Shown: in pieces, positions 1-8,559 of the stretch
How the letters are laid out: each line of letters starts with the position of its first letter
How positions within the stretch are numbered: the stretch's first letter is position 1
Assembly (NCBI GenBank): GCA_900617105.1
Contig: UYFQ01000001.1
Span: 4,464,001 to 4,528,000, forward strand
Direction of reading: 5' to 3'
Source: Hydrurus foetidus
Taxonomy: Eukaryota
DNA: 64,000 bases
Made by a program: the position numbers and the translations under genes
Notes under the pieces: model-generated
The model's database searches: none
What the model was told of the DNA's origin: nothing
Seen by the model: the letters and a program-made list of their open reading frames with translations, nothing else

Positions 1-370
1 AGCGGGCGAAGTAGGCAGTACGGTCAAGCCGGTTGTCCAACGGGCTGGTGAAGTGGAAGTCATCCGCAATCAGCGCTTCAATCGCCGCGCGGTCTTTTGA
101 GACATAAGCCTCGTATGCTGAGCGCGCAACGGCTGCTGGATCGTGCGTCGCAGTATGGTCGAGAGCGAGAAAATGCGCGACCAACGCATTTGCATGCCCA
201 TGCCCCAACTTGTGTTTGCTCTTGAGCAGGTTGACCAGTTCCATGTGTGTAAGTCGGCCAGCTTGCTTCAAAACCGCCATCCAATGAGACACCGGCTCAC
301 CGTAGGTTTTCTCAATTGATGGAAAGTAGGAGGCTGGGCCTTTGATTTTTGGGGCAACGTTTGTGGTCAT
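1..370 (-). CDS. DUF4287-domain + SnoaL/NTF2-like fusion protein (runs off the window edge, 3' partial)
   Basis: Not in the ORF track. Manual translation from ATG at 370: MTTNVAPKIKGPASYFPSIEKTYG...HMELVNLLKSKHKLGHGHANALVAHF (DUF4287-like), continuing without a stop into DRAAIEALIADDFHFTSPLDNRLDRTAYFAR (NTF2/SnoaL-like). Confidence 0.75.
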   Translation of the reverse strand, partial: MTTNVAPKIKGPASYFPSIEKTYGEPVSHWMAVLKQAGRLTHMELVNLLKSKHKLGHGHANALVAHFLALDHTATHDPAAVARSAYEAYVSKDRAAIEALIADDFHFTSPLDNRLDRTAYFAR

Positions 371-392
371 GAAAATTTCTGCAGGGGGTGCG

Positions 393-1118
393 TTACTTGT
401 AGGCCAATTGCGGTTGAAAATCCCCGCGTCCTGCTGGCGTCAGATCCAGCATGTTCCACAGCGAATCAAGCGCGTCGTTGTGGCGATATTCCTGACCGGG
501 CTCAGGCGGCATGTACAGAATTTCAGAGCCCCAGAAATGGCTGATTACCTTGCCGCGCCGGTGAAACACATTTAGCATCGGCATGTCCCATTCTTCGCCA
601 GCTTTGAATTCTTGCTGCTTGCGCACTGCTTCGGGCAAGCTAGAAGAGTCGCCGAAATAGTCGTGGTCATAGCTGTTGCCGTGCGTGGACAGCAGTGGCA
701 TCGTGCGCCAGCCACGCGCCTGCGCCAGCGCCATCAGTCGCGGCAGCGGTGACTTGGCAACCACGGCCAGGTTGATGCACTGGGTGATGTGCTGCACCAT
801 GCCTTCAAGGCCATCCAAAAAGTGCGTGCAGCCCGTACAGGGCAGTTTGCGCTCAAGCCCGTACATGAAACTGTAAATGGCGAGTGTGTCTTTCGCGGGC
901 TTGAATAAATCCGACAACTTTAACGGCCCATCGTCGCTATCGAACACATAGTCCTGCGCAACAATGCCTCCCGCAGGCAGCGCCCTGCGAAGCGCGGCAA
1001 CACTCTCAGTCTGCCGCCTGAGCACCATTTCCTCGGTGAGGAGTTTGTTGCGCGCAGCGCGGTACTCGGCGCTCTCGCCGGGCATAGCCAGGTGGTGAAG
1101 AATTTGGTTGCTCATCAT
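393..1118 (-). CDS. DUF899 family thioredoxin-like protein
   Basis: PGESAEYRAAR..LL..E start, RRALP, YSFMYG, CTGC CxxC, LWNMLDLTPAGR end. Confidence 0.85.
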   Translation of the reverse strand: MMSNQILHHLAMPGESAEYRAARNKLLTEEMVLRRQTESVAALRRALPAGGIVAQDYVFDSDDGPLKLSDLFKPAKDTLAIYSFMYGLERKLPCTGCTHFLDGLEGMVQHITQCINLAVVAKSPLPRLMALAQARGWRTMPLLSTHGNSYDHDYFGDSSSLPEAVRKQQEFKAGEEWDMPMLNVFHRRGKVISHFWGSEILYMPPEPGQEYRHNDALDSLWNMLDLTPAGRGDFQPQLAYK

Positions 1119-1291
1119 TTCTCTCCGGTTGGTTGGTCTAATTTGTTGGCGTCACTTGCCATCCAGTAAAGGCACGACGGTTGTCGGTAATTGCGGTGAC
1201 GTAAAAATGTCGAATGTGTTTTCTCGTTCTGGCACCAACTACACCATGGAAAGGTTAGGCGTCGCTGGTTCCAAGAGCGACATTTGCACCC

Positions 1292-1714
1292 CTAGCCTAG
1301 CGAGGCGATGGCGGGATTGAACACGACCTCCCAGACATGGCCGTCTGGGTCTTGGAAATAACCAGCATACCCACCGTAGAACGTAGCTTGAGCTGCCTTG
1401 ACGATGGCTGCTCCAGCGGCAGCGGCTTGAGCCATGACTGCATCGACTTCTGCTCGCGAACCCACGTTGTGACCAATAGTGAACTCTGTGGGCGATGGTG
1501 CGTGTTTTGCAAGCCGCGTGTCTGCGGCGATGCTGCTGCGCGGCCAAAGGGCCAGTTTCAGGCCAGTTTGTAGATAGAAGAAGGCAACGGCTCCGTTCTC
1601 GAATTCGGTTCCGATGATCCCCTGTGTGCTCAATCCCAGGCCATCTCGATAAAACGCGACGGAGCGTTCGAGATCATCTACTCCGAGCGTGAAGACTGTG
1701 ATGTGTGGGTTCAT
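1292..1714 (-). CDS. VOC family (glyoxalase/bleomycin resistance-like) protein
   Basis: TLGVDDLERSVAFYRDGLG; FYGGYAGYFQDPDGHVWEV. Confidence 0.9.
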   Translation of the reverse strand: MNPHITVFTLGVDDLERSVAFYRDGLGLSTQGIIGTEFENGAVAFFYLQTGLKLALWPRSSIAADTRLAKHAPSPTEFTIGHNVGSRAEVDAVMAQAAAAGAAIVKAAQATFYGGYAGYFQDPDGHVWEVVFNPAIASLG

Positions 1715-1742
1715 GCTATTCGCCGAAGATAAGAGTTGCGAC

Positions 1743-1805
1743 GCCTAACGTAAAGTTGAGGGGCGCGCCGCTTTTGACACGTCCCGCTCGAACGCCATGC
1801 TAGAC
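1743..1805 (-). other. attC-like integron cassette recombination site (degenerate R'')
   Basis: Minus strand GTCTAGC-atggcgttcgagcgggacg...cgcgcccctcaactttac-GTTAGGC: 63-bp imperfect palindrome, R' fits GTTRRRY, R'' has one mismatch to RYYYAAC and holds the upstream gene's stop codon. Confidence 0.7.
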
Positions 1806-2090
1806 CGCGCGGGTAAGATTAACTAATTGCTCGGCCGGCTGATTTTCCCAGTCACTGAAAGGGAAATTTTTAACGAGTGGTCCGAGCACCGGTCTTGCCG
1901 TCATGGCAGCGGCTTCAGATTCCCACAGTGACATCATGATGACTCTTCCAGTGGCCTCATCAAGCCAAGCGCCAGTGTCCACAAGGCCATCAAGCTTTCG
2001 AGCCTGTTCCGCTATTTTCTGGGTGGCATCAAGCAAGTCTTGCTTATGCGCCTGCTTTGGATGGTGGATACCTAACGTCAGATATTTCAT
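1800..2090 (-). CDS. Antibiotic biosynthesis monooxygenase-like (dimeric alpha/beta barrel) small protein
   Basis: MKYLTLGIHHPK...VIMMSLWESEAAA pattern; GGAG RBS before ATG at 2090. Confidence 0.6.
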   Translation of the reverse strand: MKYLTLGIHHPKQAHKQDLLDATQKIAEQARKLDGLVDTGAWLDEATGRVIMMSLWESEAAAMTARPVLGPLVKNFPFSDWENQPAEQLVNLTRAV

Positions 2091-2119
2091 TGATGTCTCC
2101 TGGTTAGTTAAAGCAAGTG

Positions 2120-2608
2120 TCATTCGACAAGTGAAGCGAGCTGCTCAGCACATGTCACCCACCCTTGGTGAAAGCCCATTTTTTCATGCGCCTCGCGGTC
2201 GGAAATCGTCCATTGGCGCACTCGCGCGGCGTAGTTCGTGTGGGCACCTTGCTGCTCGAACGTCACTTCAACCGCCATAAGCGGCGTTTGTTCTGATGGC
2301 TCCCAGGCCTTCGTAAACGCATTCGTGAAAACCAGCCGCTGGTTTTTCACAACTTCCAAATAAACGCCGTAGCCTGGATAGTTATTGCCTTCAGAGCTGC
2401 GCATCACGATCAGGTTTGACCCGCCGACGCGCACATCAAGTTCTGCTTTGGTTACTGTCCACGGCAGCGGCGCAAACCACTGTTTTAGCAGTGCAGCTTG
2501 AGTCCACGCGTTAAAGACTTTTTCTGCCGACGCGTTGAATGACCGTGCAAGGATCAAATCGCGACCCTCAGTGGCGGTGACGGCTTTTGCAGCGGTCATG
2601 TGTTTCAT
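2120..2608 (-). CDS. SRPBCC/AHSA1-like family protein
   Basis: KVFNAWT..LLKQWFAP, LDVRVGG, GVYLEVV, HEKMGFHQGW. Confidence 0.9.
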   Translation of the reverse strand: MKHMTAAKAVTATEGRDLILARSFNASAEKVFNAWTQAALLKQWFAPLPWTVTKAELDVRVGGSNLIVMRSSEGNNYPGYGVYLEVVKNQRLVFTNAFTKAWEPSEQTPLMAVEVTFEQQGAHTNYAARVRQWTISDREAHEKMGFHQGWVTCAEQLASLVE

Positions 2609-2655
2609 TTAATTAGGGGTTTGCAAAACTGCTGAAACGGGACGACCACGATTGG

Positions 2656-3006
2656 TTAAACATCTATCAGTGTTTCAAACTCGCCGTAGACCATGCGCTT
2701 GCCGTCAAAGGGCATATCGCCTAGGGCCTTCATGCGGGGATCGTTCATAAACTTTTCCTGGCCCGCGTCGCGTGCGGCTTTCGACGGCCACTCAATCCAC
2801 GAGAAGACGACGTTCTCGTCTCTGTCGGCTTTGACAGCACGCTTGAAATCAGTGACTTTGCCGTCTGGCAGGGCGTCGCCCCAGCATTCAACAATGCGCA
2901 GTGCGCCAAACTCTTTCAGTATTTCCGAGTACTTCATCGCCATAGAGCGGTAAGCGTCTTTATTGGCGGCAGTTACTGGGACCAAATAGCCGTCGATGTA
3001 GCTCAC
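2656..3006 (-). CDS. DUF1428 (YbaA-like) family protein
   Basis: [50 protein letters not shown] start at 3006 after AGGA RBS. Confidence 0.9.
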   Translation of the reverse strand: MSYIDGYLVPVTAANKDAYRSMAMKYSEILKEFGALRIVECWGDALPDGKVTDFKRAVKADRDENVVFSWIEWPSKAARDAGQEKFMNDPRMKALGDMPFDGKRMVYGEFETLIDV

Positions 3007-3226
3007 GGTGTTGTTCCTTGTGTTGGTATTGAATAGAGACGCCTGAAGCTTGCGCCCCAAATGTTGGCTGTGCGTGTAGGCGCAGACGCTGTGCGTTGAG
3101 CTTTACTCAATCTGATCGGGCCCAAGCAAGGCGGTGAAGCAACTTAGTTTGTCACTGGAACTTGCGCCAACACATACCTCGCGATTTGCAGGTGATGCAG
3201 GATCAGGTTGTAGGAGCTAAGCATTT

Positions 3227-3274
3227 GCTATCAAATAAGGAGCTGTTTGCGCCCGTAAATATTGGGCTAGAGGC
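3227..3274 (+). repeat. Dispersed ~48-bp motif, copy 1
   Basis: gctatcaaataaggagc-tgtttgcgccc-gtaaatatt-gggctagaggc. Confidence 0.8.
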
Positions 3275-3319
3275 AGAAAGAGCAATACAAATCGTGTAAA
3301 AGCGTCATCGCCAGATTTT

Positions 3320-3970
3320 TTATGGCACTTCTGGATTGAGAACAGCCCGTACAAAAGTCCCCGCGTTGTACCGTAACCCATCAACCAGCAGCGCCACCAT
3401 TCGGCGCACATAGCCTGTCTCGTCCTCAGTGATTGACGTGCAGCACAGGTTGCCGACTGCCCGCAATAAATCGTACGCCTGGATGTCGCTGCGAACCGCG
3501 CCCGCCGAGGCTGCGCTGTTGAGCAGTTCTTGCAGCGCGGGCTGAAGCAGCCGGTTGAAATACCCGGGCAGCATGCTGAAAGCAGGATCGCCTGAATGAA
3601 GCGCTGCTGCCAAGCCGCGTTTTGCGGCCAAGAACTCTGCGTAACGGTACATCCATTGCGCCAGCGCGTCGGCAGGTTCATGCTCTGTTGCCAACAGCGC
3701 TGCTGCGTCGGCGCAAGCGTCAACCTGCTGCCGAAAAACCGCCACGATCAGGTCGGATCGCTGCGGAAAACGGCGGTAAAGCGTTGCTATGCCGACGCCT
3801 GCTTTTTCAGCAATCTCGCGCACTGGCGCGTCAACGCCTGAAGTTGCAAAAACTGCCAGAGCGGCCTCAAGCAAGGCGGTTTCGCTGCGCTGCGCGTCTG
3901 TGCGCAAAGGCCGCGGCCTCGCCGCCTGCTGCCTGGTTTCATCACCGCTTAACAGCATCTCGTTACCCAT
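3320..3970 (-). CDS. TetR/AcrR family transcriptional regulator
   Basis: LRTDAQR..LLEAA, IAEKAGVGIATLYRRFP HTH; divergent from the SDR operon. Confidence 0.92.
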   Translation of the reverse strand: MGNEMLLSGDETRQQAARPRPLRTDAQRSETALLEAALAVFATSGVDAPVREIAEKAGVGIATLYRRFPQRSDLIVAVFRQQVDACADAAALLATEHEPADALAQWMYRYAEFLAAKRGLAAALHSGDPAFSMLPGYFNRLLQPALQELLNSAASAGAVRSDIQAYDLLRAVGNLCCTSITEDETGYVRRMVALLVDGLRYNAGTFVRAVLNPEVP

Positions 3971-3996
3971 CTTTCAGCCTTTCTTGATGTGAGCAG

Positions 3997-4040
3997 TTGA
4001 CAATCGGAACAATGTTCCATATTATTCGGAACACTGCTCC
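3997..4040 (+). promoter_or_regulatory. Sigma70 promoter with two TetR-type operator palindromes
   Basis: TTGACA (3997)-17 bp-TATTAT (4020); GGAACA-A-TGTTCC (4006-4018) lies between -35 and -10; second imperfect copy GGAACACTGCTCC (4028-4040). Confidence 0.8.
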
Positions 4041-4100
4041 ATTTTACAGCCAGTGAATCAATTTGCACAACTGGCTAACCCTTACTGAAAGCAAAACTTT

Positions 4101-4850
4101 ATGCAAAACAACCCTGTCGCCTTGGTCACTGGTGCAAATAAAGGAATCGGATTTGAAATCTCCAAGGGCCTCGCTGCCAATGGCTTCACCGTGCTCGTTG
4201 GGGCTCGCAACCTTGCAAGCGGCATTACAGCTGCGAAAAGCGTCGGTGCAACGGCCCATGCCGTTCAGATTGATGTGACCGATCAGGTATCAATTACCGC
4301 CGCCGCGCAGCGTATCCGTTCTGAGTTTGGCCGCCTCGATGTGCTGATCAATAACGCAGGTATTTCACATCCCGGCAGACCCGGTATGACCTTTGCAGAC
4401 GTCATGCAAACCAATTTGCTGACCGCCACGCCGTTTGATGATGTGCGTGCCGTTTGGGAAACCAATGTGTTCGGCGTGATTGCCGTGACGCAGGCCATGC
4501 TGCCGCTGCTGCGCGAGGCACCCGCTGCCCGCATCGTCAACATGGGCAGTACTGGCGGCTCGCTGACGTTCAATTCTGATCCTGCCAATCCGCACCGGGC
4601 CATGTTTGGCAACTACTCGGCTTCAAAGTCGGCAGCGCACGCCATCACGCTCGCGTTTGCGCTGGCGCTTGAGTCGACCAACATCAAGGTCAACATTGCC
4701 TGCCCGGGCCACACCGCCACGGCGCTGAACAATTTTTCTGGTGCTCGCAGTGCCGAGCAAGGCGCACGCCGGGCTGTCGAGCTTGCGTTGCTTGACGAAA
4801 CCGGACCGACCGGTTCGTTCTCAGATGACAACGGCTCGGTTGCCTGGTGA
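4101..4850 (+). CDS. SDR family oxidoreductase
   Basis: ALVTGANKGIG, LINNAG, YSASK catalytic motif. Confidence 0.93.
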   Translation: MQNNPVALVTGANKGIGFEISKGLAANGFTVLVGARNLASGITAAKSVGATAHAVQIDVTDQVSITAAAQRIRSEFGRLDVLINNAGISHPGRPGMTFADVMQTNLLTATPFDDVRAVWETNVFGVIAVTQAMLPLLREAPAARIVNMGSTGGSLTFNSDPANPHRAMFGNYSASKSAAHAITLAFALALESTNIKVNIACPGHTATALNNFSGARSAEQGARRAVELALLDETGPTGSFSDDNGSVAW

Positions 4851-4894
4851 TACCGAGCCGGGCAGCAAATGATCCGATAAAAAAGGAAAACACA

Positions 4895-5914
4895 ATGTCT
4901 ACATCGACTATGAAAGCCATCAGGCAGCATGAATTCGGCGGCCCCGGCGTGCTGCGGTATGAAGATGCGCCTATGCCTGAGCTGCAGCCCGGCGAGGTCT
5001 TGGTGCGCGTTCACGCGGTTGGCCTCAACCCACCCGATGGGTACTTGCGGGACGGCTACAAGATGCTGCCTGCCGAATGGCAACCGCAGGTGACGTTTCC
5101 CGTCATTTTGGGTACTGACGTATCAGGCGTGGTCGCGGCAGTTGCTGATGATGTCAAGGGCTTTGCTGTGGGCGATGCGGTGTATTCGATGGTGCGCTTT
5201 CCCAGCGGCTTGGCGGGTGGCAGCATGGCCTATGCCGAGTACGTCAGCGTGCCCGCATCGCAAGTGGCCATCAAACCTGCAGGCATTGATCATGTTCATG
5301 CCGCTGGCGCGCCAATGTCGCTGCTGACGGCCTGGCAGTTCATGATTGAGCTGGGTCACAACGTGCCCAACCCGCTTCAGCCCGGCCGACACGAGAGTGT
5401 GCTGCTTGCAGGTAAAGCCGTGCTGGTCAACGCAGCAGCTGGTGGTGTCGGGCACTTTGCAGTGCAACTGGCCAAGTACAAGGGTGCACGCGTGATTGCG
5501 GTTGCGTCCGGCAAGCACGAAGCACTGCTGCGTAGCCTGGGTGCTGACGAATTCATCGACTACACCAAGACACCGCCTGAAGACATCGCGCGTGACCTGG
5601 ATTTGGTCATTGACGCAGTGGGCGGGCCTACTACCGCGCGGTTTTTGCGCACGCTCAAACGCGGCGGCGCCTTGTTCCCCATCTTGCCGTTGGGTTTTGC
5701 TGGCAACGATGAAGCCGACAAGCTGGGCGTGACTGTCTCCGCTACCCAGGTGCAATCGAGCGGCGCGCAACTGGCACAAGTCGCCAGCTTGCTGAATGAC
5801 GGCACGGTTCGCGTCGTCATCGACAGCACCTTTGCACTGGCCGACGCGCGCAAGGCGCATGAACGCGCTGCCCAGGGACATGTGCAGGGCAAGATTGTGT
5901 TGACTGTGGCTTGA
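4895..5914 (+). CDS. NADP-dependent oxidoreductase (MDR/quinone reductase family)
   Basis: MKAIRQHEFGGP, ILGTDVSG, AAAGGVGHFAVQLAK, GKIVL; start moved to ATG 4895 after AAGGA. Confidence 0.9.
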   Translation: MSTSTMKAIRQHEFGGPGVLRYEDAPMPELQPGEVLVRVHAVGLNPPDGYLRDGYKMLPAEWQPQVTFPVILGTDVSGVVAAVADDVKGFAVGDAVYSMVRFPSGLAGGSMAYAEYVSVPASQVAIKPAGIDHVHAAGAPMSLLTAWQFMIELGHNVPNPLQPGRHESVLLAGKAVLVNAAAGGVGHFAVQLAKYKGARVIAVASGKHEALLRSLGADEFIDYTKTPPEDIARDLDLVIDAVGGPTTARFLRTLKRGGALFPILPLGFAGNDEADKLGVTVSATQVQSSGAQLAQVASLLNDGTVRVVIDSTFALADARKAHERAAQGHVQGKIVLTVA

Positions 5915-5949
5915 GGCAACTTGCCATCACCAACTGAAAGACCATCATC

Positions 5950-6858
5950 ATGAAAAACATCGACTTCGCCGTGATCGGCGGCAGCTATGCCGGCATGTCA
6001 GCTGCCCTGCAATTGGCACGCGGGCGTCGCAATGTGCTGGTAGTTGACGCAGGCCAGCGGCGCAATCGCTATGTAGACGAAGCAGGTGAGGCTGCGCACG
6101 GATTTCTAACGCAGGATGGATATGCGCCTGCTGAAATTGCTGCTGTTGCCAAGCAGCAGCTGCTGGCCTACCCCACGGTTCAATGGCTGGATGGCACAGC
6201 CGATGATGCGCGTGTTGCAGCCAGCAGCCGCATTGAATTTAAAGCGGGTAACGAGGCCATCAGTGCCGGTCGGCTGATTATTGCTACAGGCGTGCGTGAC
6301 GTGTTGCCGCCAGTACCTGGCCTGGCCGAGCGCTGGGGTCGCAGCGTTTTTCATTGCCCTTACTGCCATGGCTATGAGCTGAACATTGGCGAAAACGAAA
6401 CGCAGATTGGCATCATTGCCGCCTCACCACTGGCACTTCACCATGCCGTCATGCTGCCGGACTGGGGCAGTACCACCTTGTTTCTCAATGGTGCTTACAC
6501 GCCGAACGACACAGAGCTTCAAGTCATCGCCCGCCGGGGTACGCAGATCGAACCTGCATTGATTGAACGCATCGACGGCGTTGCAGATGTGGTGCTGCAG
6601 GGCGGCCGCACTTACAAAATGAACGGCCTGTTCACCCAGCCGCACACGCTAATAAGTAGCCCCATTGCCCAGCAATTGGGCTGCGCTATTGATGAAACCC
6701 CCATGGGCGTATTCATCAAGGTCGATGAGGCAAAGGCCACCAGCGTGCCCCACGTGTTCGCGTGCGGCGATGCAGCACGATCAGCTGGCAATGTGGCACT
6801 GGCGGTTGCGGATGGAGCCGTTGCCGCGTTCAGCGCACATCGGTCGGCAATGGTTTAA
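5950..6858 (+). CDS. NAD(P)/FAD-dependent oxidoreductase, thioredoxin reductase-like
   Basis: VIGGSYAG, IATG, FHCPYCHGYE, TSVPHVFACGD. Confidence 0.9.
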   Translation: MKNIDFAVIGGSYAGMSAALQLARGRRNVLVVDAGQRRNRYVDEAGEAAHGFLTQDGYAPAEIAAVAKQQLLAYPTVQWLDGTADDARVAASSRIEFKAGNEAISAGRLIIATGVRDVLPPVPGLAERWGRSVFHCPYCHGYELNIGENETQIGIIAASPLALHHAVMLPDWGSTTLFLNGAYTPNDTELQVIARRGTQIEPALIERIDGVADVVLQGGRTYKMNGLFTQPHTLISSPIAQQLGCAIDETPMGVFIKVDEAKATSVPHVFACGDAARSAGNVALAVADGAVAAFSAHRSAMV

Positions 6859-6971
6859 AGCTGCCTGACCAGCCAGATCTTTGAAGAGCAGCGGTAGCAA
6901 GGTTACGACCTGCCAACTCATGGCCCCGCGGACTGATCATGGCGAAACTAATCTATAAATGCAATTTAAAC

Positions 6972-7018
6972 GCTACAAAAAAAGAAGCTGCTCGCGCCCA
7001 TATCAATTGGGCTACAGC
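6972..7018 (+). repeat. Dispersed ~48-bp motif, copy 2
   Basis: gctacaaaaaaagaagc-tgctcgcgccc-atatcaatt-gggctacagc. Confidence 0.75.
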
Positions 7019-7239
7019 ATTAAAAATTTGAGAATTCACCAATACGCGCCTTCAGCACGGCTAAATTTGCGTCTTACGTCTGTGCAGCCATGGCAACGCG
7101 GCGCGGCTTCCTACAGACAGTTAAGGGAAAACCCGTTAACTTCACAGTTGCGATTAATGACCGAGCAGTCATTTCAGTCGCTTTCGCCGCGTTCCCCCTT
7201 CTTTTAAAGCCAGCGTCACCGCTTATGAAAGCCATTGCC

Positions 7240-8547
7240 ATGCTACGCCTTGCCGCTCCCGCCTTTTCTTCAGCTGCTTACTTGTCTAATTTCTCGGCGA
7301 AAAAGACGCTGCCCCCTATTTCTCTGTTGATTTTGATCGCGATGCTGGCTGGTTGTGGCAAAGGCCCTGCGGCTGGCCCTCCTGGCTCCGGGGCGGGCGG
7401 CAAACCACCGCCCGCCGAAGTCGGTGTCGTCACAGTAGCCTTGGCTGATGTGGGTTTGGTCACCGAGCTGCCGGGCCGACTTGAGGCGTCCCGCGTTGCG
7501 CAGGTCAGGGCGCGAGCAGCGGGTATTTTGCAAAAGCGATTGTTTCGTGAAGGTAGCGATGTCAAGGCTGGGCAAGCGTTGTTCACGATTGACGCAGCGC
7601 CCTATGCAGCACTCAGCGCAAGCGCCAAGGCAAGCCAGGCCAAAGCCGAGGCCAATGCGCTGCAAACCACCGCTTTAGCAGACCGCTATAAAACGCTGGT
7701 CGAGGTCAACGCCGTTAGCAAACAAGAGTACGCCAATGCCGTGGCAGCGCAAAAGCAGGCGCAGGCCGACGTGGCGGTGGCCAAGGCCAATGTGCAAACG
7801 GCGGGCATCAACCTCGGGTATGCGTCCGTCACCTCGCCTATTTCGGGCCGCATTGGCCGGGCCTTGGTCACTGAAGGCGCGCTGGTCGGGCAGGGCGAGG
7901 CAACGCAGTTGGCGGTGGTGCAGCAGATCAATCCGCTGTACGTTAACTTCACGCAGTCTGCTGCTGAGGTAATGAAACTGCGCGCCGCCATGGCCAATGG
8001 GCAAATCAAGCAGGCCAACAGTGCAGATGCGGCCAGCGTGACGGTCGTGTTGGAGGACGGCACTGAATACGCCAAGCCCGGTCGGTTGTTGTTTTCTGAC
8101 CTGACAGTAGACGCCACCACTGGGCAAATCACCCTGCGCGCAGAAGTGCCCAACCCCACTGGCGAGTTGCTGCCGGGCCTGTTTGTGCGCGTGCGGCTGG
8201 AGCAGTCCCGCGCCAAAGACGCCATCACGTTGCCGCAACAAGCTGTGACACGCACCGGCCAGGGCGACAGCGTGATGGTGGTAGGTAGCGATGGAAAAGT
8301 CAGTCCACGACCGGTAAAAATTGGCTCCGCTAAAGGCAATGATTGGGTGGTGCTCAGCGGCCTTGCTGCTGGCGAGCAAGTCATGGTCGATGGCTTTCAA
8401 AAGCTGCAACCGGGCGCTGTGGTCAAACCCGTGTCGTGGCAAGCACCTGGAAGCAAGGTTCCCACTGCGTCTGCCGTCTCCGCAACGCCTGTCCCGCCTG
8501 CCACCCCCGCAGCCTCCAGCGCTTCTGCTCCTGTAGCTGCGAAATAA
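7240..8547 (+). CDS. RND efflux periplasmic adaptor subunit (AcrA/MexA-like lipoprotein); start uncertain (7225/7240)
   Basis: LAGC lipobox, ELPGR, VRARAAGI, SPISGRIG, LLPGLFVR. Confidence 0.92.
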   Translation: MLRLAAPAFSSAAYLSNFSAKKTLPPISLLILIAMLAGCGKGPAAGPPGSGAGGKPPPAEVGVVTVALADVGLVTELPGRLEASRVAQVRARAAGILQKRLFREGSDVKAGQALFTIDAAPYAALSASAKASQAKAEANALQTTALADRYKTLVEVNAVSKQEYANAVAAQKQAQADVAVAKANVQTAGINLGYASVTSPISGRIGRALVTEGALVGQGEATQLAVVQQINPLYVNFTQSAAEVMKLRAAMANGQIKQANSADAASVTVVLEDGTEYAKPGRLLFSDLTVDATTGQITLRAEVPNPTGELLPGLFVRVRLEQSRAKDAITLPQQAVTRTGQGDSVMVVGSDGKVSPRPVKIGSAKGNDWVVLSGLAAGEQVMVDGFQKLQPGAVVKPVSWQAPGSKVPTASAVSATPVPPATPAASSASAPVAAK

Positions 8548-8559
8548 GGAGCAGCGCAC

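Noticed and set aside
1170..1215. ECF41-like promoter (cGTCAC...CGTC) upstream of the DUF899 gene
   Set aside because: Only a partial match with uncertain spacing, and no ECF sigma gene in the window.
7090..7239. Twin-arginine-like N-terminus (TRRGFL) on the efflux adaptor ORF
   Set aside because: The lipobox lies far downstream and a later start fits an AcrA-type lipoprotein better; likely fortuitous.
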